Source: Tetramitus jugosus (lineage: Eukaryota > Protista > Heterolobosea). From it: a stretch of 64,000 nt of DNA. Shown here one piece after another: positions 29,935 to 38,957 of this stretch (position 1 is its first letter; each line of letters begins with the position of its first letter). Location: NCBI GenBank assembly GCA_937625935.1, contig OW569359.1, positions 124,001 through 188,000 of the forward strand, given 5' to 3'. The notes beneath the pieces were generated by a model, which searched no databases, was not told the origin of the DNA, and worked only from the letters and a program-made list of their open reading frames with translations. The position numbers and the translations under genes are program-made.

Positions 29935-30663
29935 ATGAACCCCAAAGGTGAACAATCACCACTGCTCTTTCTGTCACTCGACTATGACGATGAAGAATTG
30001 TTTAACTATGGTGTTCCGAGTTCAGCTTTCTCTCCTGTACCTCCAACGGGTGCCCAGAACTCCTTTATGAGTTTGATGAACCTTCCTCTCGCATGTTCCT
30101 CAAACGATCAACAAAAGTCTTCCACTCTGACACCAAACATCGATTTTGTACACTACTATGATCTTTCTGCATCGACCTCACCAATCACCCAACAATTGAA
30201 CTTCTACGACTCATTCAAAGAAGCTCAACAGGTACCCTCCAGCACCATGAATGTACCATCATCCAACTCTTCGTCTCCTATTCACTGTCAAATAGAGCCT
30301 CCAACTTGTGTATCATATTCGCCATCTTGTTTCTCGTTACTCCCATATTCTCATCCACCACCACTCCAAATGGAGACACCTATCATCCAGCCAAGTACCA
30401 ATGCTGTAGATCTAGAGTTGAAGCAACAGCAGCCACCGTCAGAACCGTCAAGTAATCAGCGAGAAGATTGGGTGTGGCATCAACAACAAAGAAACACTCC
30501 TATAAAGAAGAATAAGAAGGTCCAAAAACTGACGACCCCATACAATGCCCAATTTGTCGAGCATCGAAATTCTTACAAAAAGAAGGACAGACCATACGAT
30601 GGGTTAATGACCATTCTTGGACCAGCGAAGAAGAATCGAAAGAATTCTCGATCTAAAAATTGA
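29935..30663 (+). CDS. Hypothetical Ser/Pro-rich protein with a basic C-terminus
   Basis: Open frame from ATG 29935; no recognisable domain. Confidence 0.55.
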   Translation: MNPKGEQSPLLFLSLDYDDEELFNYGVPSSAFSPVPPTGAQNSFMSLMNLPLACSSNDQQKSSTLTPNIDFVHYYDLSASTSPITQQLNFYDSFKEAQQVPSSTMNVPSSNSSSPIHCQIEPPTCVSYSPSCFSLLPYSHPPPLQMETPIIQPSTNAVDLELKQQQPPSEPSSNQREDWVWHQQQRNTPIKKNKKVQKLTTPYNAQFVEHRNSYKKKDRPYDGLMTILGPAKKNRKNSRSKN

Positions 30664-30892
30664 ATATACAGTTGAGTTATCTATCTGTCTTCATCATGAT
30701 GTGCCATCACTCTCAAATTTTGTAAAGTAAACCTGAAATCTCCTATCGGTCACTTCAATGAAAACTCAAAAATGAGTGCCAACAATTTTGAACTCAATGG
30801 GAGGAAACAGTTTGACCTAAGTTCGAAAATAAATAGAGTTCAATTCCTAATCAGTTCAGAGACTGGTTTCAATGAAGTTAAAGGTTGTCCTC

Positions 30893-32308
30893 TTACGCCT
30901 CCAATTCGTCCTCTTCTTGTTCGATCATCTCATATCTCATCACCTGCAAAAAGATTTCTTCATTCTGAAACAGAATATTGTTCACTTGATCAATCACTGC
31001 TCTGCAAGTGTCAATCGTCTTATAGGATCTCTTAGGAGCAGCTCTATCAATCTCTAGAGATGTCTTTATCCAATTGTTGGTTGAGTACTCTAGCGGTGAC
31101 ACGTCTGCAAAATCTTCTGGATTCTCTAATAGATACTTATCCAGCGTAGGCACATTACTCATATTCTTCTTCTTCATGGCTTCGAACACTTGAAAGTGGG
31201 CAATAGGTGTATGGTTGTAATCGAATCCGAACCACCACATATCATCTGCCTTAATACCACAAAATTCAACATATTGCTCCTCACTCGGGAAGAAACTCTT
31301 CTTCAATGATCCGCGCTTCATCTTACCGGAAAATGTGAGCTTGTTCAGGGTTAAATCATTCACCGAACCCAAATACTGTATCATTGTGTGCGATTGCTCG
31401 AATAAAATACTCTGACTGTCCGCTGGTATACCTATGAAACACTTCCACACCTGAAACGATTCATCTCTCACAATCTTTGCCCACCTGTCCCTCGACTCAG
31501 TCATATCAAACAATAACAATTGATCCGTTGGATCAATGTCTTGATTAGAACTCAAAACCTTCAAAATATGCTCATCTGAACGATCCATTTTCCAAATGTA
31601 ACAGCTCGACAATGCAGAATCAGCCAATTGTTTCACTTCAGATGTCCACTCAAAATGCAATAACTGACTTTGACTCAAAAATTGAACCAAATCTTCCAAG
31701 CTCTGATGATTCAACACCACAGCCTTATCCTCTGTATCTGATGACGACTTTACAACCAAGGAAAACTCGTTTGCCGATCGACAATTCTCACTCAATGAGT
31801 CCCACTCGAACGGATTATTGAAAATCAAGACGCGATCATTCTCAATCGACAAGCAACCAAACGGAAACGGCTTTCCTATGCGCACTTGACCTGATCCACC
31901 ATCATACTCTAACCATTTTGCTAATTTGTGTAACACAATTGTGGATGATGATGACAAGGACAGCAATTGAGACCATTGTGGCATCAAACTCAACATGTGC
32001 TCCAGTTCTTCAACCGATGACAAATCATAATTCAATTCATTGTGTCGTATTTGAATGATTTCGTCCGGATACAGGATGTCAATGAAAAGGTTCACTTTGG
32101 GCGACGAGTTGTCATCATTGTACTCGAATGTCAATGTTTCATTTTCGTCCTCTTCTTCATCTAGTTGTTCAGCAACATCTTGTTGTTCTTCTGTGTCTTG
32201 AGCTTTATATTTGACTTCTTCCGTCCTTGTTGTTGGAGAAGGAGGAGGATTGCTTGTGACAGTGGGAGCACCCAACAGTCGTGTCAACTTTAAAACCATA
32301 AACTCCAT
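30893..32308 (-). CDS. Hypothetical protein (471 aa)
   Basis: Long ATG-initiated ORF; no family recognised. Confidence 0.7.
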   Translation of the reverse strand: MEFMVLKLTRLLGAPTVTSNPPPSPTTRTEEVKYKAQDTEEQQDVAEQLDEEEDENETLTFEYNDDNSSPKVNLFIDILYPDEIIQIRHNELNYDLSSVEELEHMLSLMPQWSQLLSLSSSSTIVLHKLAKWLEYDGGSGQVRIGKPFPFGCLSIENDRVLIFNNPFEWDSLSENCRSANEFSLVVKSSSDTEDKAVVLNHQSLEDLVQFLSQSQLLHFEWTSEVKQLADSALSSCYIWKMDRSDEHILKVLSSNQDIDPTDQLLLFDMTESRDRWAKIVRDESFQVWKCFIGIPADSQSILFEQSHTMIQYLGSVNDLTLNKLTFSGKMKRGSLKKSFFPSEEQYVEFCGIKADDMWWFGFDYNHTPIAHFQVFEAMKKKNMSNVPTLDKYLLENPEDFADVSPLEYSTNNWIKTSLEIDRAAPKRSYKTIDTCRAVIDQVNNILFQNEEIFLQVMRYEMIEQEEDELEA

Positions 32309-32695
32309 GATTAATGTTGTTTGATGTGTGTTTCTGTGGTGTTGTGTGAAATTTCACAATATCAGAGAGGAGAAATAAATGAACAACCAAGATCAGCTTT
32401 CGTCAAAATTTTACGTTTTATGTTTTTTGTTGTTATTATGCTTACATCATGTACACTGCAACGCATTGCCATTGTCCACATTGTGACAAAGGGCATTGCT
32501 TGTCTGTCCCGAATCAGTTGAATTGGGGTTTTCATTCGACACTTTGACTCATGGAACTGATCGGTACAGCAATACAGCGCTCGATTCACACTTCAAAACT
32601 TGCCAAAAATGTCAAACAATCACTCCAAACTCAACAACACCAAAGGAGATTCAGTATTCTATCACTTTGCTCAATAATTTGAGTGACAGTGAGAG

Positions 32696-34495
32696 TTATA
32701 GTTGATTGTTGTCCTTGCTTTCCGAAGCAGGTTCAGCACTGTTTGCCGCAGTGTTGTCAGGCTTGAATGTCCTCTTTGGTCGTCCACTGATTGGCTTCTC
32801 TGGCTTCTCACGTCTGCTGTGTTCGCTCACAGAGACAGTGTGACCTGCAACTGGGATTTCCTTGTCCTTGACTGCTTGTTGGACGGCTTGTTGAGTCTTG
32901 AAGAAGATCAATGCATAGCCCAGCTTGATGAAACCTTGCTTCTTCTCATTAGCCTTGGCACCATTGTTCATATCAACAATCTCACCGTACTTGGAGAATG
33001 CATCCTTCAAGTCTTGATCGGTGGTGCTTGGGTCAACTCGGGCAACATACAAACCAAACTTGTCCTCGGAGCTCATGGCAAACTTTGGCTTGAATTCACC
33101 ATCTGGCTTGACACCTCTTGGACCCTTCTTTCTCTTTTCGAATGGCTTCTCACCATCGGCATTTGGAGTAGCTGGAGTGCTGGTAGCGCTGTCACTTCTC
33201 TCCTTCTTGAAAAAGTCGCCCTTCTTTGACTTGCCAGTCTCAGTCTTTGTCTCAGTCTTTTGATCAGCAGCAACGGCAGCAACTGCAGCGGTAGCAGCTG
33301 GTTTGGCTTCCTTGGTAGTTTCCTTCTTCTCCTTCTTGAACTTCTTCTTTTGTTCAGTGGCTGGTTGAGCATTGTTGGCTTCACGACCGACAATGGAAGC
33401 ATAAGTACTTGGAACAGCAGGCTTTTCTTCCTCTTTTGGCTTTTGCTCTTGCTCTTGTGCAGGGGCGCTCTGAGCAGCCTTCTTATCTTCTCTTGCTCTT
33501 CTTGGCTTCTTCTGATGCTTTGGCTCAGCTGGAGCTTGCTCAGTAGATGGAGTTGCAGGGGTAGCAGTCTGTTCCTTTTGTTGTTGCTTGGTAGATGATT
33601 CTTGTGCAGCAGCAGTAGTTGTGGTCACAGGTGCACTCTCTGGAGTAGTTGCCTTGTTGGTCTTCTTGGTTGGTCTTCTGCTAGGCTTCTTCTTGTCAGT
33701 GTAAGCGGCAGCAGCAGTGGATGACTTTGCTGGTGCAGTTTCGGCAGCAACAAGATCTTCCTTGTCAGATGAGATGGACTTTGTTTCACTCATGGAATCA
33801 CCATTGAGTGCACTGTCAGAGCTCAACACATCTTCTTGATCCAATTGACCAGCACTGACGACACTTCCTTCACCAAGAGTAGCAACAGTACTGTCTTCTT
33901 CAGCACTGTCACGAGTGGAGGATGATGCTGCTGAAAGTGACTCAGCACTCAAGACATGAGAACTCAATGATCTCTTGAGTTCAGTAATTCTCAAAATATC
34001 ATTGCAAACATAGTAACCATTCTTTTGAGGGGCCAAAATGAATGATTGACTAAAGTGAACAATTTCAACGTGTTGAGCATTGAACAGGGAACCATTGACC
34101 AACACGAGGACAGAGCTGGCCAATGATGACTGGCATTCAACCATGTGAAGCTTCACCTTTACATTCTTTGCGATTCCATTCGTAAACTCAGCCAACGCAC
34201 CAGAGATGGCATCACCAGTGTAATGCTTCACATCTGCACCATCAAAGCAATGAGTAACTTGAGATGCACGCTTATAGAGCAAAGAAAGCTTTTGTGGCTT
34301 TTGAGTCAGAGTACCATAGTAAGAATGGATGAAAGAAGCACCAATTTCACTTGTAGAGTATGCGTTTGGAGTGGTAGGTGTGGTTGGAGTAGGTGTGGTA
34401 CTGGTGGTAGTAGGTGGTGATGGGGTAGTGGTGGCTGCTGTGGTAGGAGCAGGTGAGGTTGTGGTGGCTGCACTGTTGGCGGATTTCTTGGTCAT
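32696..34495 (-). CDS. G3BP/Bre5-like NTF2 + RRM RNA-binding protein
   Basis: NTF2 (IGASFIHSYY...FSQSFILAPQKNGYYVCNDILR), low-complexity linker, RRM (LYVARVD...GYALIFF). Confidence 0.88.
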   Translation of the reverse strand: MTKKSANSAATTTSPAPTTAATTTPSPPTTTSTTPTPTTPTTPNAYSTSEIGASFIHSYYGTLTQKPQKLSLLYKRASQVTHCFDGADVKHYTGDAISGALAEFTNGIAKNVKVKLHMVECQSSLASSVLVLVNGSLFNAQHVEIVHFSQSFILAPQKNGYYVCNDILRITELKRSLSSHVLSAESLSAASSSTRDSAEEDSTVATLGEGSVVSAGQLDQEDVLSSDSALNGDSMSETKSISSDKEDLVAAETAPAKSSTAAAAYTDKKKPSRRPTKKTNKATTPESAPVTTTTAAAQESSTKQQQKEQTATPATPSTEQAPAEPKHQKKPRRAREDKKAAQSAPAQEQEQKPKEEEKPAVPSTYASIVGREANNAQPATEQKKKFKKEKKETTKEAKPAATAAVAAVAADQKTETKTETGKSKKGDFFKKERSDSATSTPATPNADGEKPFEKRKKGPRGVKPDGEFKPKFAMSSEDKFGLYVARVDPSTTDQDLKDAFSKYGEIVDMNNGAKANEKKQGFIKLGYALIFFKTQQAVQQAVKDKEIPVAGHTVSVSEHSRREKPEKPISGRPKRTFKPDNTAANSAEPASESKDNNQL

Positions 34496-35045
34496 GATGC
34501 TTGTTGTTGTTGTGTTAATTGATTTTCGAAGAAGAAAATTTTTTGATCTTGTTTGTTTTTGAGAAGAAAATTTGTCGTATTGTTGTTGTGAGGCGGGAAG
34601 GAACTCTTTGGACACCAAAAAAATGTGGTCTCTGGAAAGCGTTTTGGGGGTGGTAAAAGCTTTGAGGTTGTTTTTTTGTGAGCTTGTTTTGGGGTAGTTG
34701 TGGCTTCTTTGCTCTTTTTTGTGAGTGAATGAATACGTGTGATTTTGCGTGATTCAACTTGGAGTGGTATTCGCCCAAGCTCATGGCCGCCAAAATTCGT
34801 GCAGCGAACAGGGACCTTGAGTGAAAAATTTGATTGTGTACATTTGGTGGTTGAATGCTTTCCGATTACAACGCTGGGATTCGAAAATTCCTTGGCGGGA
34901 TTTTGGTGTGTGAATTTACAAGATTAATTTGATGTTTGAGATGAATGAGTTTTTGTATTTGAAAAACTTTGAGTTATATACACTTGCTTGAGCGTTCAAC
35001 GGACAACATTGGACGGACCAGTTCTCTTTGGCATAAGATGAATAA

Positions 35046-37355
35046 TTACTTGATTCTTCTCTGTGCAACGCCAATGTCACATCCGTTGACCTTTGCAGCG
35101 AATCGCAAACTGCATAGAGTTTCACCTGCCGAAGGTTCTTCAGGTCCAACATTGACAAACATGAGGCACTTGCCTTCTCCGTCCAGGTAAGGTTGCAGCA
35201 GATAGGTGAGCTTGGAGTTTCTGTATGGCACATGTTGAGCCTTCTTTGACAATGCAAAGATGACATCTCCCAAACAAGAGAGCGAGCTGTTAATGTGTTT
35301 TGTTTCCTTCATTCTATCACCAACAGCACCAGAGCTGTTCAATCTTTCAGAACCGGCAAGATCAATCAAGTTCAAGACACCATGAGTTCTTTGCTTGGTT
35401 TCAGAGTTCATACCATGGATAGACAAGGTAAACACAGAGTGAGATCGAGAAGATCTCTCATTCATGTTGGTGCTAGCAACACTTCTATTCTTAGTGGCCC
35501 TTCTCAATAGAGACATCACTTCTTCTGGGCTGGACACTTGTTCCGTGATCAAGTTTGTGACAGATGCAACACCATTATCGTGCTTGATATCAAGCTTGGT
35601 CTCAGTCTTGGAGTTGTTGGCAGGTGCCAGCAAGTCACGAATGCTCTCATTGTAAATTTCCAAATAGGTGACACTCACATTGTAGGACCATTGCTTGAAC
35701 TCTCTCATACTCTTCTTCACTTCAATTGTATGGAAGATCTTTCTGACAGATTGTGGAATCACACCAGGATTCGAGGCTACACCCTCCATTGTATAAGTTT
35801 TGCCACTGCCTGTTTGGCCATAGGCAAATATGGAAACCTTGTAACCATCCAAGGCACTCTGTACGAGCTGAGAAATTTCGTTGAAGACAGATTCTTGACT
35901 ACTTTCAGCGCCAAACACCTTGTCAAAGTTAAAGTTCATCTTCTTATCCTTTTGGTTGACAGCGACCAAATTGTCACACTCTTGCCAAGAAACAACATTG
36001 GTAGCAGCGTCATTACTACTCGCTGGTCTAATACGACAGAATACACGGATATTACCCTTCAATTCAATGATGGTATTGTGAAGGAGACGTCTTTCTTCCT
36101 CACCCAACACCAATTGTTGCTCTAATGATTGCAATTCAGCCAACTTCTCTTTCAATGTGTTTTCCATTTGTTCAATCTTCTCCTTTTGATTCTTGCATGT
36201 GCTCTCTGAGAAGTCAAGGTCAATCTTGAGTGTTCTGTTTTCATTTTGCAATTGGTTCATGACTCTTTCATGCTCCATCTTTGTGTTTCTGTTAATCTTG
36301 TCGAAGTCGTCCTTCAAATTACGAGTTTGCTTCTCTTGCTCATCGCGCAAGGTTTCAACTTCCAACACGTGCTCCCTTCTTTGGCTATCCATCTTGGATT
36401 CAAGATCAATCTTCTCTCTTCTGTGTCTAGAGTCATCTTCTTCTCTATCCTTTTGGATACGGGCAGCGCGGTCTTCCAAAGCATTGTAGCGCTCTCTAAG
36501 GGCTCTGTGGTCGCGTTGAGAGTCCTCCAATTCTCTATTTGTCCTCTCAAGTTGAGATTGAAGCAGAACAGCTTGAGCGCTCATCTCATTTAACTTACGA
36601 GCCACTTCAGCATTGACACCCTCTGCTGCTTTCAGAGTATCTCTTTCCAATACAGCTCTTTGATATTGCTCCTTCAAGTCATCATAGTTGACTTGAATTT
36701 GTTGGCACTTGAATTCCTTCTCAGACAATTCTTCTCTCAGGTTCAAAAGTTCTTCTTCTCTTGCATTTTGTTCTTCTTGCTTTTGTCTTGCAATTGCACT
36801 TGCTTGTGGTCCTCTTCTTGTTGTTGTAGATGTTGTCGAGACAGGTGTTCGAGCACTGGTGACACCAGGTCTAGTCGTACCAACTCTTGAAGTGTTGGTT
36901 CTGCTTGTGGTTGATGCAGCTGTCGTTGTTGATCTGACGCTCGAAGTATTGAGACGACTCGTGTTCATTGCACCTGCTCTCGATGTGTTCAAAGTGCTTC
37001 TTGAAGTAATATTGCCCCCAACTCTTGATGTATTAGTTGCACCAGCACCAACTCTTGAAGTGTTCGTAGCACCAGTGCCAACTCTTGACGTGTTTACTCT
37101 CGAAGTGTTCATTAGTCTCGATCCTGCTGTAGTTGTTGTGTTACCTCTAGGGACAGGTGCATCAAGCAATGGCTTTGCCTTTTGTGGTGTACGAACGGCA
37201 GTAATTGTCTTATTGTCAGACTCCATTCTTCGCTTCTTGCAATCGTTTGCATAGTCAGCATAAGCAAAGGCGTTCGAAGATGGAAGGTTTGTGTCGAGCT
37301 CAGCAAGAGCACCAGTACGTTTTTGACCTCTAGGTGATGATAGATGGTTCATCAT
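35046..37355 (-). CDS. Kinesin-14 (Kar3/Ncd/KIFC1-like, C-terminal motor)
   Basis: Neck ELKGNIRVFCRIRP, P-loop GQTGSGKT, NERSSRSH, DLAGSE, central coiled coil. Confidence 0.96.
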   Translation of the reverse strand: MMNHLSSPRGQKRTGALAELDTNLPSSNAFAYADYANDCKKRRMESDNKTITAVRTPQKAKPLLDAPVPRGNTTTTAGSRLMNTSRVNTSRVGTGATNTSRVGAGATNTSRVGGNITSRSTLNTSRAGAMNTSRLNTSSVRSTTTAASTTSRTNTSRVGTTRPGVTSARTPVSTTSTTTRRGPQASAIARQKQEEQNAREEELLNLREELSEKEFKCQQIQVNYDDLKEQYQRAVLERDTLKAAEGVNAEVARKLNEMSAQAVLLQSQLERTNRELEDSQRDHRALRERYNALEDRAARIQKDREEDDSRHRREKIDLESKMDSQRREHVLEVETLRDEQEKQTRNLKDDFDKINRNTKMEHERVMNQLQNENRTLKIDLDFSESTCKNQKEKIEQMENTLKEKLAELQSLEQQLVLGEEERRLLHNTIIELKGNIRVFCRIRPASSNDAATNVVSWQECDNLVAVNQKDKKMNFNFDKVFGAESSQESVFNEISQLVQSALDGYKVSIFAYGQTGSGKTYTMEGVASNPGVIPQSVRKIFHTIEVKKSMREFKQWSYNVSVTYLEIYNESIRDLLAPANNSKTETKLDIKHDNGVASVTNLITEQVSSPEEVMSLLRRATKNRSVASTNMNERSSRSHSVFTLSIHGMNSETKQRTHGVLNLIDLAGSERLNSSGAVGDRMKETKHINSSLSCLGDVIFALSKKAQHVPYRNSKLTYLLQPYLDGEGKCLMFVNVGPEEPSAGETLCSLRFAAKVNGCDIGVAQRRIK

Positions 37356-37450
37356 GATTGATCAATCGCTTTAGAGTGAGTTGGAATATTGGTTGTTAGT
37401 GTAATGTTGTTTTTTAAAGTTGAATTTGGAGCTCATAAATTTTTTGGTGT

Positions 37451-37504
37451 TCCTAACGGTAAGAGGAATTGGAGGTAACGTCATGATTTTAAAATTGGCG
37501 GGAA
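37451..37504. promoter_or_regulatory. Candidate cell-cycle promoter motifs (MSA/Myb-like CCTAACGGT and E2F-like TTGGCGGGAA) upstream of kinesin-14
   Basis: CCTAACGGT at 37452-37460 and TTGGCGGGAA at 37495-37504, in the 150-bp intergenic region. Confidence 0.35.
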
Positions 37505-37505
37505 G

Positions 37506-38939
37506 TTATTGGCGGTGATTCACAACCATATCGGAAAGGAACGAGTCATAGTGGGGAGCCATTCCAGATTGCCAGTCAAAACGCGATACCTTCATTGACT
37601 CTCCGAGTTCCTGTACCTGCTGTAGAGCTTGGTTTGGATGGTTCAATGCCCAGGAAAGCTTTTCCACAAGCTCATTGAAGTTAGAGTACAAGAATTGCTC
37701 ATGCATACGTTGGGGTATCAATTCTGGGTAGCTCAGTCTGTTTGGTAACACCGGAAAGGTGTTGTGATAGATATTTTCAATCATTGAGATTCCAAAAAAC
37801 TCGTGGTTAGCCGTGGAAGCTGTGCACACGGCTTCATCGAGTAGTGAGTGGTATTGTTCTAAGTCTGCATATCCGCAATGAACAATGTTGTCCTTGATGG
37901 GGTTGATATTCTTTTCAAATTGTTGATGAGTAGATTGAGAACGATGAAAACTTTCTCCACATATTGCCAGCCTATACTTGGCACTATTGGAGGAAGATAT
38001 CTCTTGGAGTGCTCTGACAAATTGGAGAGGGTCTTTGTCATACTCCCACCTCTGATTCCAGATGATTAATGGCACTGGATTAGGTTTCGTTTTTGTAGAA
38101 TCTCCTTGTCGATGTGTATCCTTGGCGTGTTGGGACAACTCTACTCCCACGTAAAGAACCTGGGACTTACTTCTAATATAGTCAACTGTGTGCAACAACT
38201 TCTCATCTCTGTTACTATTGAGGTACTTTGGTAGACGTTCGAACCAATTCTCTAAATGGAATTTCGAGTTAAACAGTACAACATCACTTGCCATCTGACT
38301 CTTGTAGTTTATGTCAATGAACTGTGATTCTCTGTGGCCATTGTTCCTTCTGAAAACACCCTGACTTGCATCGGTTGGCTCCGGATATGTCAGCTGATTC
38401 TCGTGCATGTAAGTAGCCAGACACGTTCGATCAAAATTAATGAACCGTCTGGACTGAGCCACAAAGCTAGACATATCAAGCATGTCCGTGCCTATAATGA
38501 TATCAAAATGAAAATTCGAATCCCCGGATGTCCTTCTTCTCTCCTGCATATACTTTACATACTGTTCTGACAGCGAAAGGCCACCCAATTTCATTCGTTG
38601 TTTCCAGTACTGACCCGTCATGGACAATACAACCAGATTATGATTTGTATACTTGGAATAACCAGAGATATGGGCCCTATGACTACCAGTATGATACGGA
38701 GACAAGAAGCAAATATTGAGAGGGTTGTCAGATGTGGCAGATGCCCGAATCTTTCCACTCATGCATTGCAACTTTGAAACAGAATATGTCTGGCATCGGG
38801 AGATCCGAGAATCGAGCAACCAACGTTGGTGGTCAGTCATCATCAGGTGTTGTACAGCACGGGCATTGGGCAAAAGTTGATTGGCAATGGCTTTTTTCAT
38901 ACTGTTGTTTTGATCGATTTTTATTGAGTGAAGTTGCAT
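37506..38939 (-). CDS. GTDC1/QTMAN-like (DUF3524 + GT-B) glycosyltransferase
   Basis: SPYHTGSH, YWKQRM, YMHENQLTYP, FNSKFH, IWNQRWEYDKDP, STANHEFFGIS, PNRLSYPE. The true start may be a downstream ATG. Confidence 0.88.
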   Translation of the reverse strand: MQLHSIKIDQNNSMKKAIANQLLPNARAVQHLMMTDHQRWLLDSRISRCQTYSVSKLQCMSGKIRASATSDNPLNICFLSPYHTGSHRAHISGYSKYTNHNLVVLSMTGQYWKQRMKLGGLSLSEQYVKYMQERRRTSGDSNFHFDIIIGTDMLDMSSFVAQSRRFINFDRTCLATYMHENQLTYPEPTDASQGVFRRNNGHRESQFIDINYKSQMASDVVLFNSKFHLENWFERLPKYLNSNRDEKLLHTVDYIRSKSQVLYVGVELSQHAKDTHRQGDSTKTKPNPVPLIIWNQRWEYDKDPLQFVRALQEISSSNSAKYRLAICGESFHRSQSTHQQFEKNINPIKDNIVHCGYADLEQYHSLLDEAVCTASTANHEFFGISMIENIYHNTFPVLPNRLSYPELIPQRMHEQFLYSNFNELVEKLSWALNHPNQALQQVQELGESMKVSRFDWQSGMAPHYDSFLSDMVVNHRQ

Positions 38940-38957
38940 GGACAAAATGCAATGGAA

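Noticed and set aside
32702-36890. Numerous antisense ORFs of 60-195 aa over G3BP-like and kinesin (and other genes)
   Set aside because: Shadow ORFs caused by codon bias of the real genes; no independent motifs.
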